NCBI GenBank assembly: GCA_000320545.1
Contig: ADNK01002541.1
Coordinates: 1 to 54,123, forward strand
DNA: 54,123 nt
From: Bigelowiella natans CCMP2755
Lineage: Eukaryota; Protista; Cercozoa
Direction: 5' to 3'
Shown here: positions 14,331 to 25,815 of the stretch, piece after piece
Layout: every line of letters starts with the position of its first letter
Position numbering within the stretch: position 1 is the stretch's first letter
The notes under the pieces: generated by a model
Databases searched by the model: none
What the model saw: only the letters and a program-made list of their open reading frames with translations
What the model was told of the DNA's origin: nothing
Translations under genes and position numbers: made by a program

Positions 14331-15466
14331 CCAGTCATAATCAAAAAGCTCTGGGAGTGCACAAACGAAGCAACGACAGTGGAATGCTGGAATGCATGGC
14401 ACAGATGGTGCAGCTGGAAGGATCATCGGAAGTGCCATCTCATTAAATCCCGAATTCTGGAATTTGCTCTCTCTGTGCTGGCTTGTGGTGCTCTGTGAAA
14501 CAGTGAGAACACCGCCCAATGAAAGTGAAGGGTTTGTTTTGCATCCGCCGGCCACATCATTCAATGTTCCATGGAACAATGAAACATTGAAACATTGAAA
14601 CATCAAAATGTTGATGACGATTTCATATTCTATGATAGACTTAGTAATTACATCATTTCTGCACGATGCACAGACAACACATGACACTTGGCTGCCGACA
14701 TGCTTTCCAACTGAATGGAATGGAGGATGGTGGACTGAGCGGAGCGAGCAAGAAAACCTCAGGCAGAAATTGTTTGAATTTTACATCATAAGTCATGTCG
14801 CATTAGGGTCTGGTAGGGGATATTTCCTGGAAAAATGATCACCTCAAAATTACATGCGAATAGTAAGTAACGACATACTTACTTGATGTCTTTTCAATGA
14901 AATGCTCTCATTGCAAACGCCGAGAAAGACTTCCAACGCGAAAACCGAAAGGCCTTGGCAGACTGGCAACCGCGTTTTAAGGTTGCCCGGGAAAATGAAA
15001 TGAGGGGTGGGGGAGGGGATTAGAAGTAAATCAATTTAGAGAATTTCAATTTGGTTGTCCATACCAACTTGAACTGGGATTAATATTAGCAAAGTAGTTG
15101 ATGAAGTAATCCATCGGAGACATGTTGGCGGTTTTCCGCATAAGATTCAACACTCTCTTGCTCTCCTCCCTTCCTCCATCGCTCCCTCTACCCTTTTATC
15201 ATCACAATAAAATTTGGCCGTGCATAACATCAAAGACTATAAACACAGATGGATGCGATCTTCCTCATAACCATCACTGACTTGACTCCTTATATTTTTG
15301 TGATTCGGAAGGGCCCGACCGTTGACCGTTGGACACGAGGATCACTTCAGTCGCCGTTGTTGTCGTTTCATCCTCGAATATCCTCAACAATAGAGTGCTT
15401 TGCACACTTTTGGACCAAACTCCCTCCTTGCTCAGTGACTACTATTACTACTAGCTACTTCTAAGC

Positions 15467-17798
15467 ATGTTTGGAAGCGGTATCAGTGGCATGGGACTGG
15501 TGGGCAAGGGGCTGAATGGCGGAGGATCAGGAGGAGTGCGTAGATCCGGAGGAAACGAGGCTACTAAAGGTGACTGTAGTATGCAACATAAGAATATACC
15601 CCAAAGAGAATTGACCGTGGTGAAAACATAGCCAATAATCACCACAAATCAACTCCCAACAGGCCCCGATGTCAAGTCGCGGTCAGACTCCAACATAATC
15701 TTATTTGACTGCTCCAAGAACGAAGCTTTTACACCAAACGATGTAAGTGAGAGGGATGAAATAAAAAGAGACTAATACGGACAGGGAAACCGCTCATAGT
15801 AGATTCGTTGACATGCACCGAACACTCAGGGCTTGAAAACATTTCACCGCAAGCTACGAAAACAGTACCAAGTCAAGATAAATAAGGACGATCTCGCAGA
15901 GGTATTCGTAGTTGTTCGCTCACAGACAGATATAAGGATTTTGCGTTTTAATAGCAAATTAACGGGCACAACGCACATCATTACTTCTTGCCCTACTCCA
16001 TAGTCATCCTCGAAACTAACGATAAGCAATAAACAAAAGGACACATTGGCGGGTGCACGGGCAATCATTATGGCAGCTCCAACAGCCAAGTTTGAGGCAT
16101 CTGAGATCAAGGCACTAAAAAGCTTTCTCAGCGAGGGTGGCAGCATGCTCATTCTGGCTCAGGAAGGTGGTCAAAATACGACGCTGCTTCTTACTGCTGC
16201 CAGGCTCCATCAACTTTTGCCACTACTTACTCACTTCCAACTAGCGGTTGTGACGATGACGATATTGTCGTTTCTTATTTTCACAAATCAGGAGGGGAGA
16301 CTACTCCAAATCAGTACATATCAAAGTTGACGAGCGAGTATGGCATCAACGTGAATAACGACGCCGTTGTTCGCACAGCGTACAGAAAGGACTACTTTCA
16401 TCCTAAGGAGGTGTACATTAGAAAGGCTTCTCTCACATCAGAACTAGGTATGTTTTCCGTTCGTTATTGTTATTACTACTACCACTGCTGCTATCAATTG
16501 GTAGTAATATGACTGACTAGCTTCCATGCACTTCTTTCGATCTCAAATCATCCATCCTTTTTGTAACCTGCCCTCCCCTTCTTCCTTGCAGACATGTACG
16601 CTGGCAAAGCAAGTGGAAGTGGTAGCGGGGGCAATGATTTCGCGTCGAACGAGGACAACGACGACGAGGAAGATGACCAGGACATAGACTCATCGTCAAC
16701 AGGGGGCGGAACGGGGGGGAAACTTGACCTCATTTATCCTTTTGGCTGCACTCTCAATGTAGACAAGCCAGCTATGCCGCTCGTGACCTCTGGGAAGATG
16801 TCTTTCCCAGCAAACCGTGCCTTAGTAGCGGCAAGCAAAATGAACAACAAGGGCGATGGGGGACTCATGCTAGTCGTGGGCTCCGCGCGCGTGTTCCACG
16901 ATAAATTCTTGCACAAAGAAGACAACAGCGCGTTCGTTGAAGGCTGTGTCAAGATGCTGATGGCGAAGGAGGATGCGAAGATCGGTACCGTGGATAACGA
17001 CCGACCTGAGTATAAAGATGCTGTGCAGGTGCCAGATATGGAGGCTTTGGCAGAGAGACTACGGTGCTGCTTGCAGGAACCGGAGGAAATGCCCTCCGAT
17101 TTCTCCAGGATGTTTGATTTGAAGATGTTCTCGTACCATACCGATTTGGTACCGGAGAGTGTGAAACTCTACGAGCGACTTAACGTGAAGCATGAGCCGC
17201 TCTCACTCATCCCTCCCCAGTTTGAAGTGCCATTGCCTCCTTTGCAGCCAGCAGTCTTCCTTCCTTGTAAAAACACCAACCACAACAATAACAACAGATG
17301 ATGCAACTAAATACCTCCTTTGTTCTACCCCTCCCCCCCCTTCCCGTTATTTATCTCTCTGACAAGCACATAATGTCTGAAGAACCAGCACCCTCTCGTA
17401 CACATATATAGATACATGACGAACATGATCGTGATAGTTGTGTGGCTTTCATCGAATCAGAATCAACTTTCTGACATGGTATTGATATTACTACTATTTC
17501 TCCTGGTGGTGGCATCCTCTTGATGATGAGTAGGCATGCGAGATCTGCCTCCCCCCGCACTGGACTTGTTTGATTTGGACCAGCAATTCTCCGGGGAGAC
17601 TGTGCAGCTCGCCCAGCTCACTAATAAGTGCAGTGAGAGAGATCTTGACTACTACGTCGTTAATGCTGGGAGAATCTTGGATGTTACCTCCAAAATAGAC
17701 GTCAACAATGGTAGTGAAATGGCTGGGGAAAGAAAGGAAATTACTGCAAAGCAAATTCTGGTAAATGGTGACCCTAAATGGTGTCCTCCCCCCCCCCC

Positions 17799-17839
<41 letters not shown>

Positions 17840-17969
17840 CGTTTCTCCCCTTTCGGTGAACGGGTTGCATTGCTTCTCTTTCCGTGTATACTAAAGAGCG
17901 GCAGCCATGTGGGATTTTCCATATTACATGTGTTGATCAATATATACGGTCTCATGGGCCTGTTGTCAG

Positions 17970-18001
<32 letters not shown>

Positions 18002-18476
18002 GTACTACATGAACTCAGATTACTTAACCAAAAATATAACAGGAACACATTTTCAAAGAGCTTGTCAACTACAAAAAGATGGATTCCGATGGGGGACCAT
18101 CAGGACGAGACTCCACTTCCAAGGTAATGGTAATTGGCCCACCAGAAAGTAGGCGTATAACGTGATACGTACGTTTTGCACTTTCACTTGATTGTTGTCA
18201 CTCATTTGATGGGCGGATCTGTTCCATCTCTTCTCAGAATACAAATCCTTTGCTGGCGAATTCTCCAAAATCAGCAGAGTCCAAAGAGGTTGGTGTTTGT
18301 CGTTTGCTGTTTCTTTGATGAACATTGATGTCTTATTGCCCATGGTGGTAATGTTTTTGTTTGATGCTATTGCTTTGTCGTTGCTATTATATTCATCCTT
18401 TCAGATGATGAGATCATCCCGACAGAGCTCTGCAGGCCACTCAAGGCCAATTCCGGGGGCCAGTTTCAACAGCTAG
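15467..18476 (+). CDS. IFT52: Intraflagellar transport protein 52 (IFT-B core); 10 exons
   Basis: Spliced product reads IILFDCSKNEAFTP, GLKTFHRKLR, APTAKFEASEIKALKSFL, YGINVNNDAVVRTAY.KDYFHPKEV, LIYPFGCTLNV, LAERLRCCLQE, LNVKHEPLSLIPPQFEVPLPPLQPAVF, LPPPALDLFDLDQQFS, LAQLTNKC, LVNYKK, all hallmark IFT52 motifs. Stop TAG 18474-18476. Confidence 0.96.
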
Positions 18477-18659
18477 GCGCATTGTAACTTGGCTAAACCA
18501 AAGGAACTGTAAACAACATGTTGGTTTAGGTGCTTTCTTTGGTTCAAATCAATCACAAAATTATATTCATTAATTCTCAAATGTGTCCACTTGAGCACAT
18601 CCGTGCCACTAAAATGAGCCATGTGCGCAGATGACCGTGACAAGGTGAACTGATTTGGC

Positions 18660-19320
18660 AATGCATGATCTAGTGATGGCAATTTTTGATTTGCGCAGCG
18701 GTCCTAGCTAGCGTCGCTGCTGCATTTGGGCAGATTGTTCTAGAGATGGTGATGGCTCATCGAATTTGATGTGCACAATTGCCATTGCTAGCTAGCTAGT
18801 CGCGTTGATCGCATCGCATCGCCATCTAATCTCTAGATCTCTAGATCTTACTAGCTTGGTGCGTCATTGTCTGCACTCACTTCTCGATCAGTCCGCAAAG
18901 TCCAGAAACCAGCACACTGCTAGCACCATAGCAGCGCTAGCAGCAGTCCACAGTCTAACTAGCTAGCAGCGCGGATCGCGAACCTCAGGCACTGCTAGAC
19001 TGGGGCAGCACACACAGATTGGAGCATGAACGTCTTCTGTTCTTGCGAGCAGATCTGGAGATCTTTGCGATCTCTAGCTGGTTTGGATGCCATGCTAGCA
19101 TGCTAGCATGACATCTGAACATCTAGACGCATGCTCTCTAGTGCTGCGCTTTAGCGCTAGCTAGTAGCCATTGCGCTCGCTGCCATCTAGCCATGGTCAT
19201 GGATCGAATCCAATGTTGTGGTTTGCTCTGCTAGTCTGTGCCAGTGTGTGACGTGGTCTGAACAGCCAGTGGTGTCCAGCACCGCGTTCATTGCTGTGGG
19301 TTGGACTAGTAGAGCCTAGC
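18660..19320. repeat. CTAG-footprint tract B
   Basis: TGAT-CTAG-TGAT 18666, ATCT-CTAG-ATCT-CTAG-ATCT 18829, ACTG 18991, CATG x2 19091, CCAT 19183, TCTG 19227; TA otherwise scarce. Confidence 0.88.
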
Positions 19321-19530
19321 CGAATGAAGAGATAGATTCGGGTGGAATTGCAGTTGAATGAATGGATGAAGGAATGAATGAAGTGTTTTCAGTTCATTGA
19401 ATCGAAAGGGCAATCAGTTCAATGAGAACAATGATGAAAAACCACACTTCAAAAGTGTGACAAGACACTTGCAATGTGCGAAATGCAGCTCCTCGAACTG
19501 GCTTCAGTGAGGACTGACCAGCAAGCTAAC

Positions 19531-19637
19531 GGGGTTCAGACATGCCAACTCTGGAACTCATGATCCCGTCATCCATGCCTTGTTGGTGGGGTTCAGACAT
19601 GCCAACTCTGGAACTCATGATCCCGTCATCCATGCCT
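19531..19637. repeat. 50-bp perfect direct repeat, 2 copies, 57-bp period
   Basis: ggggttcagacatgccaactctggaactcatgatcccgtcatccatgcct at 19531-19580 and 19588-19637. Confidence 0.95.
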
Positions 19638-20305
19638 GCTAGTTGGTTGAAAAGTTGTTGAATGAGGATCATCGACTTGCTTGTCGACTGCACTAACAAA
19701 TGATGTCGCAGGCTTCAATTCCCCTCATTTCGCCTTGTTCCGAGAGAAGAGCTCGTTCGTTCACAAAGTAGGAACTCGCAAAGAACTAATTCAAAACGCG
19801 TGGAAGGAGGATTTTAATTTGCAAAGAAATGTTCGCAAATGAGCGCATAAAATGGCATGAAAAGGGTTGTCGCGCATGACAAACGCAGTGCTGCACAGGA
19901 ACGATCCGTGTGTCGACCATGCCTCGAATACTCACATCTGTGTATTTTTACATCCAACAGCGTGTCAGCGCACCCTACTCTCCTTTTGTGATACCAATCA
20001 GCATTTGAACGAATACCCACGCATATACAATCAAATGACTACTCTTTGTAGATCATTAGAGCATAGATGGCTGTGGGATGTGCTTTGTAGTAATGTATGC
20101 TTCGTAAGCCTTCGTTGTGCAGCAATAACGTAGCAGATAGCATTCGCTATTTTTAATTCATTCAGAATTTTGTAATTTTGTTTCAAATTTATTATTAACC
20201 AAGGTTGACATCGCTCGAAAGGATACTACTCAAGCAGACCAATTATATATCTGATTAAATTTCGTTCTCTTAAGATTTGAAACCCTAAAAGATTTTCTGA
20301 ACAAA

Positions 20306-21284
20306 ATGTTAACTCCGAAAATCCTGCAGCGGTTCTCAATGCTCCTTACGGCGATGATTTTTCAATTACAAAGTTGCAACGCTCAAACAGATACCATTCA
20401 ATTTTATGTTGTTGCGACGCCACCGTATACGATTGGAGGACACACGGACGATGCACTGTGCCTACTCTATGGGGATTCAGATCTGAACATTTTCATCACA
20501 GGCTCTAGTCTGCAGTACAAAGATGGGGTCTCATTTAATTTCGCCCAGGGTTCAGTACCTTCAACAATCCATTTGACAGTCATACCTGTACCCGCTACTT
20601 TTACTTGTACTGCAATTCCCGATGTTTACACAACTGGTCTGGGAGTTCCACAAGATGTACTCAACATCCCACTAGGTAATCTTTATCATGCTGCTGCTAA
20701 TTCAATCTGAAATTTAATTTTTACAGCAATCCAAACACTGTCCAACGATGCTATTCTTTCGGATCACATCTTCGTGCTCCATCAACAAACGGGTCTAATT
20801 GTGCCCAGTGCCTAGTGGTGTTGGTTTGTGTAAAACCTATAAATTAAAATTAAATAACATTACTTACGTATTTAGACATCATAATTGCTTCAGATTATAG
20901 AAGTATCATTTCGTCTAAATAATCATGCAGTACAATCAACCACAAAAAGCTGAAATATTGCTGAGAATAGCAAAGATGTGACACAAATATACCACCAGCT
21001 GGATCTTTCGATATTCAGCACATGGAGGCATTTCCTGACGCTGTGACAGGTATTATTTACTTTGCACTTGCAACGATACGTTTTTCAATGAGAATAAAAA
21101 TCTTTTCTGGAAAATGATGCATATAGCCGGGCTTCCGGAGACGGCAATGACTGTGGCATTTCAAACTTTCCCAAGCTTTAATTTTGTCGCTTGCTCTTTC
21201 GGGTGATTACTATAGACATTGCATATACATCATCTATATATGCTTACTGAAAATCTACTCCGTTTGTCAAACATAACAAAAACT

Positions 21285-21324
<40 letters not shown>

Positions 21325-21379
21325 CACAGGCACACAGGCACAGGCACAGGCGCACAAGCAAACATATTGTTGAAACATA

Positions 21380-21411
<32 letters not shown>

Positions 21412-23682
21412 ATTAATCTATTTGAGGGTATCGCCAAGCCAGAATGGAGTAGATAACTTCGTGAGCACAGGACAAACCAGTGTTAGATTCATGTGGGATA
21501 GCTGCGAGTTATCCCCTCGGATTTCAATGACCCTAACAGCAACCTGCACGAACACGCTTAGTACGATCTTTTTGAAGTAATAATGCTGCTTTATCATACA
21601 GCCTTTATACCTCATATAGCAAATACCCTTACCGAAGCGCTTCCTTTCTCAACTGACCCCAATATTGGATGCGAAGGTCATGATCAAGATGGAAAGGTTG
21701 TTCCCTAATTCACTCACATCTACTTTATTGTAGGAAGTCACGAGGCTTATGTACTTATCGGGGATGCATCGGAAAGTAAGATTTCATATATTGGAAAGTG
21801 CATACATATTCAAAAGCTAAAGCTTCTACTTTCAGTTAATGCTCCTCTCGAATGGCTTTATATTCCAGCGGAATTACCTGGCTTAGGGTGCATATAAATT
21901 AAATTGAATCAATTGTACAGTATTATGTAAGGCAATCGGACTGAAAGAGTTGTGGGAAATTGGATCACTGATACCTGAATATTGCTATCCAGAGTAACTA
22001 ACCCATGTTCAATGGAGGACACTTGTCTGGTATGGCATATCTATCATGTGAAAATAAATGCCGAATCTATGGATAATTTAGGCTACAACCTTCTCACCAT
22101 CGACTTTCTCTCCCAGTACCGTAACTCCAACAGGTTTACTAAATTTGTGCATCGAAATCATGCCGTAACTAAGAAGGTTTATATATTCTTGCGTCAGCTT
22201 CGCCCTCCACGGCAAGTCCATCAGGTTTGTTCATTTTGGTGCAAACGTAACTCGTAACGTTTGTCGTATCTAATCTTAATGAGTGCTTTTGATCTCATGA
22301 GAGTAAAGTTTCGTGATTTTATAGTTTCTCCAACTGCACAGCCGACATTCAGTCCTTCCGGTACCCCATTATTTTCCGATCGACACTCTCAGTTTAGCGA
22401 ATATACATGATTTAGAGTCTCCTTCATCTAGTGCGCCAACAATGTCGCCAAGTACAGGTCTAAAGGAACTTTTCGTCTAAACCTTTCTCACAATGAGCTG
22501 GAGGGTTTCAACAGAAAGAGTGCACAATAATATGTTTACCAGATGTTCCAACGACATGCCCTTCGGAATCTCCATCATCAAGTCCTACTGTATGTTACTA
22601 AAAAGTGAACTACATGTTCGAACATTTACGTTTTGGATTCTCTATGTTGTCAATGGATAACACTGTCCATATGTATACGTATGTTTAGTCTTTGTCTCAC
22701 TTGTACTAGCTATTGCAAGCATTATATACTATTGATACGAACAGGCACAACCGTCAATGACTCCTACTTCTGGACCAACATCGATTCCCACAGAGGCATT
22801 GCAAAAGCTTATTTTTGTTCGTTATGATAGTTTTTGCATATAAATATACTTATGTGACTTATATGTAGGTACCTACTCAAATACCAACAGGAAGTCCTTC
22901 ATCTTCACCGTCTTCATCACCCTCATCTTCACCGTCTTCATCACCATCGTCCGCATTTCCTACAATTTCACCAACTGCTTCACGTAAGATAAACTGTATT
23001 CCAATATTGTATCTATAGAGGAGCTTTAACATTGGTGATTATAAAATTGCTTGATATATGTATATATTTTCAACTTTTTATTGTTAATTGTATGGTCTCT
23101 ATCAATCATTTAGCAACTGGTACTCCAACGACAGTCGGTCCTACAGTTTTCCTTGTAACCCCAGAAAGTTCAGGCTCCGCAAGTACGAATATAGATAGTT
23201 TTATTTTGATGGATAATTGATTCCCGTACGAACAGAGTTCTATATTTTTAGATGGTAGTTCATCTGGAGCATCTATGGGCAGGGGTATTGCGATTGGTGT
23301 GGGCATCACCGTATTTGTCATAATTTTCGCTTTATGCACGGTATGCTAACGAGAACCTTGTTGCCATGTCTCATCATTGCACTAATCCATATTCAATCAT
23401 CATTTTAACTTTCTGTGAATAATGTAAGTGTTGGATCTTCCGGAATTATTTCTCGTCCAACAATCGAGACTCAATAGAAGTCTCCCACGTAGACGTAGCT
23501 GGAGCCCGTTATGTTAATGATTCTGTAGCAATCGGTGTACCAGTTGATTCTACAGGTGTACTTTCCATTTTTTCTTCGATCTTAATTTCATTTTCTGCCA
23601 CGTAAATGCATCTGTCAAAAATTTAGACATTAAGTAATGTGCATGATTCGCAGGCGAGTTGAAGCGGAATTCGTCGGAATGA
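20306..23682 (+). CDS. Type I membrane protein: signal peptide, Cys-containing ectodomain, Ser/Pro/Thr mucin-like stalk, single TM helix, short tail; many small exons
   Basis: MLTPKILQRFSMLLTAMIFQLQSCNA signal; stalk exons SPTAQPTFSPS, PSSSAPTMSPST, VPTTCPSESPSSSPT, AQPSMTPTSGPTSIPTE, VPTQIPTG(SPSS)n; TM GIAIGVGITVFVIIFALCT (~23285-23340); tail ends GELKRNSSE* (TGA 23680-23682). Internal ectodomain exons only partly resolved. Confidence 0.75.
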
Positions 23683-23799
23683 TGGTGGGGTCTCCCAATG
23701 TGCATGTGGCGTAGCAGTTCGCAGTGGATATTTACCATGTTGTAATTCATAAAAAACCTCCTACACATTAATGCACATCAGCAGTGAACCATCATGGTC

Positions 23800-24920
23800 C
23801 TCATTCTAGCATTGATCATATTTTTAGAATTTGCAGCATTCTCTTGTTCTGCTAGTCTGGCATTGAACATTGTGTCGCAGATCGAACGTGACAACGTGAC
23901 TAGCTAGCTAGCTAGGCTAGGCTAGTAGGTGACGTGAATGTTGCCTGGATCACGCTAGCATGCGCTGCTTGTCAAGGCTGTGCTAGTGTGGTCTAGTGGT
24001 GCGTGTGAATGATCAAGTCTGCTAGGCAGAATTCACTGTGTGTGTCACGTGTGGCAAGATTTCGATCTTGTGTCAGCCCACACGACTAGACGATCCAGTG
24101 AGTTGGGACAGGCTCTAGCCAGGGCTTGCCGATGCAGATCACAGACAACACAACACAATGCAATCTAGCTAGCAATGTGCATGCAACGTGTGTCGATTTG
24201 CACAGGACCTGTCTAGCTGTGGGTCCCATGTGTGTGTGTGTGTGTGTGGTCTGTGACACGTGCATCGACCACTTCACTAGTTCACATGTGCCTCCAAGCT
24301 CATGTGTGCCACAAATCAGCGCACACGTGAGCGCACACATTCAAGCTAGCAAGTGTGCATTGCATGCTAGCATGGCACCTGTGTGGATGTGAAAAGAGCA
24401 CACATGCCTTTTTTGCACCCACAAAAGTGGTGGATGTGTTTCACGCGTGCACACACATCTGGACATGCAGGACCTGCAGGTCCCACATGGTTGCCATGTC
24501 CATCACAAGCTAGATCATGCAGTGACAGTCTTGCAGTGTGGGGCCTGCCTGCAGCCTGCTAGCCTGTGCCGAACTAGCGAACTTGACTTGCACCAAGCGC
24601 GACTGCGACATCGCAAGCACCAGAGCAGAAGGGACGCGGAGAGATCTAGAGATGCCAGAGTGTTCAGGTGCAACTCCTCCCTGCTAGCTAGCTAGACAAT
24701 CGTCAGGAAGGCTAGAAGGGTTCGGTAAAAAGGAAGGAAAAAAAGAAAGATCTGTTTTGACAGCAGCTCTCCAGCTAGCTAGCTAGCCAGCTCTGAAGAT
24801 TGAAAAGGAAGATGAAAACGCAATGTTCCACTCCACTGCTGGACTGCTAGACTGGTCTAGTGGTCCATCGCTCAGATCGCTAGATCGTGAAGAATTGTCT
24901 CTCAAAAGGCTAGCAGGGCG
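23800..24920. repeat. CTAG-footprint tract C (clearest example)
   Basis: 18 of 25 CTAG loci are flanked by a perfect 4-bp direct repeat; about 34 of about 36 TA dinucleotides in 23830-24975 lie inside CTAG. Confidence 0.93.
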
Positions 24921-25815
24921 AAACAAAACAAAGAAAGAAGTGCTCACTCAGGACTGAAGCACAACGTGCACGTTGTTTAGCGAAGTGTTTGGGCCGCTCC
25001 GTGGAACACCGCTAATGTACCGGTCTCGATTTCAATGAAAAAGGGAAACGTACGCGTGTGGTTGCAATTTGCTGCGTTTGAAAATTCTAGAAGACGCAGC
25101 AATTTACGTGAAAACACCCAAAAAATGGGCATTTTCTCCTGCAAATCACTGCGAAACCGAAAACTTCCCCCAAAAAAGCTAACAGTTCTCTTCGCTCCAG
25201 CATGGGCATTTGTACTTTAATGCTGACGTAGTCCATGTCGTATCTCATTAAAGTACTGATGACAGTTGAAAATTGAGAAACACTTTCAACAACATAGGGA
25301 TGAAAAATGGGTCCTAACCGTGCGCATTTGCTGGTGGGAACATCCTGTTGGACAAATTTCAAAAGAATTTTGTCCATTCGGGGAAGGCAACCGATAGAAA
25401 CTGAGTAAGAAAACAAGTTGCGACATGAATATCTGTGGCTAGGAGATCCAAACAGGTTCCATTTTGAAGATATTTTCTGATTTGCTACCTACGTTTTGAT
25501 CAGATTTGGTAACCAACCCCACACTATCTTTGTAACTGGTAGGTGCTGACTATGCAACTCGAACCCCCCTCCTCTCCATCTGCTTTGCTCAGAAGGGGAA
25601 TATATATTGACCAACTCCCTCGAATCATGTATATTTTGGTGTTTTTAAGAAAAAAAGTGCCCCAATTATGAAGGGCTGAGATCATTTTCCTGCTGTGTGT
25701 TAAGTTAACCTGTTGGTTTGCAAGCTGAAGTCAATTTTCTCATTGGCATTTGATGTTCTATTACGGACCTTCTCAGTTATAGACGCAAAAAAAGACTTCC
25801 CTTTCTAAGAACACT

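Noticed and set aside
18660-19320. RIP or CpG/CCWG-methylation decay as the source of CTAG
   Set aside because: CpG is retained and TpA is depleted rather than enriched; point mutation cannot create matching 4-mers on both sides.
24086-24695. His/Cys-rich ORFs inside the CTAG tracts (also 14130-14687, 28620-28820, 46613-46987)
   Set aside because: By-product of TpA loss (fewer TAA stops, excess CAY/TGY codons); no recognisable protein motifs.
23800-24920. Restriction/ligation artefact (filled-in NheI/XbaI/SpeI/BfaI ends, Hi-C junctions)
   Set aside because: Such junctions duplicate CTAG itself, not the flanking 4-mer, and would not track gene 3' ends or show decayed copies. Still worth confirming in raw reads.
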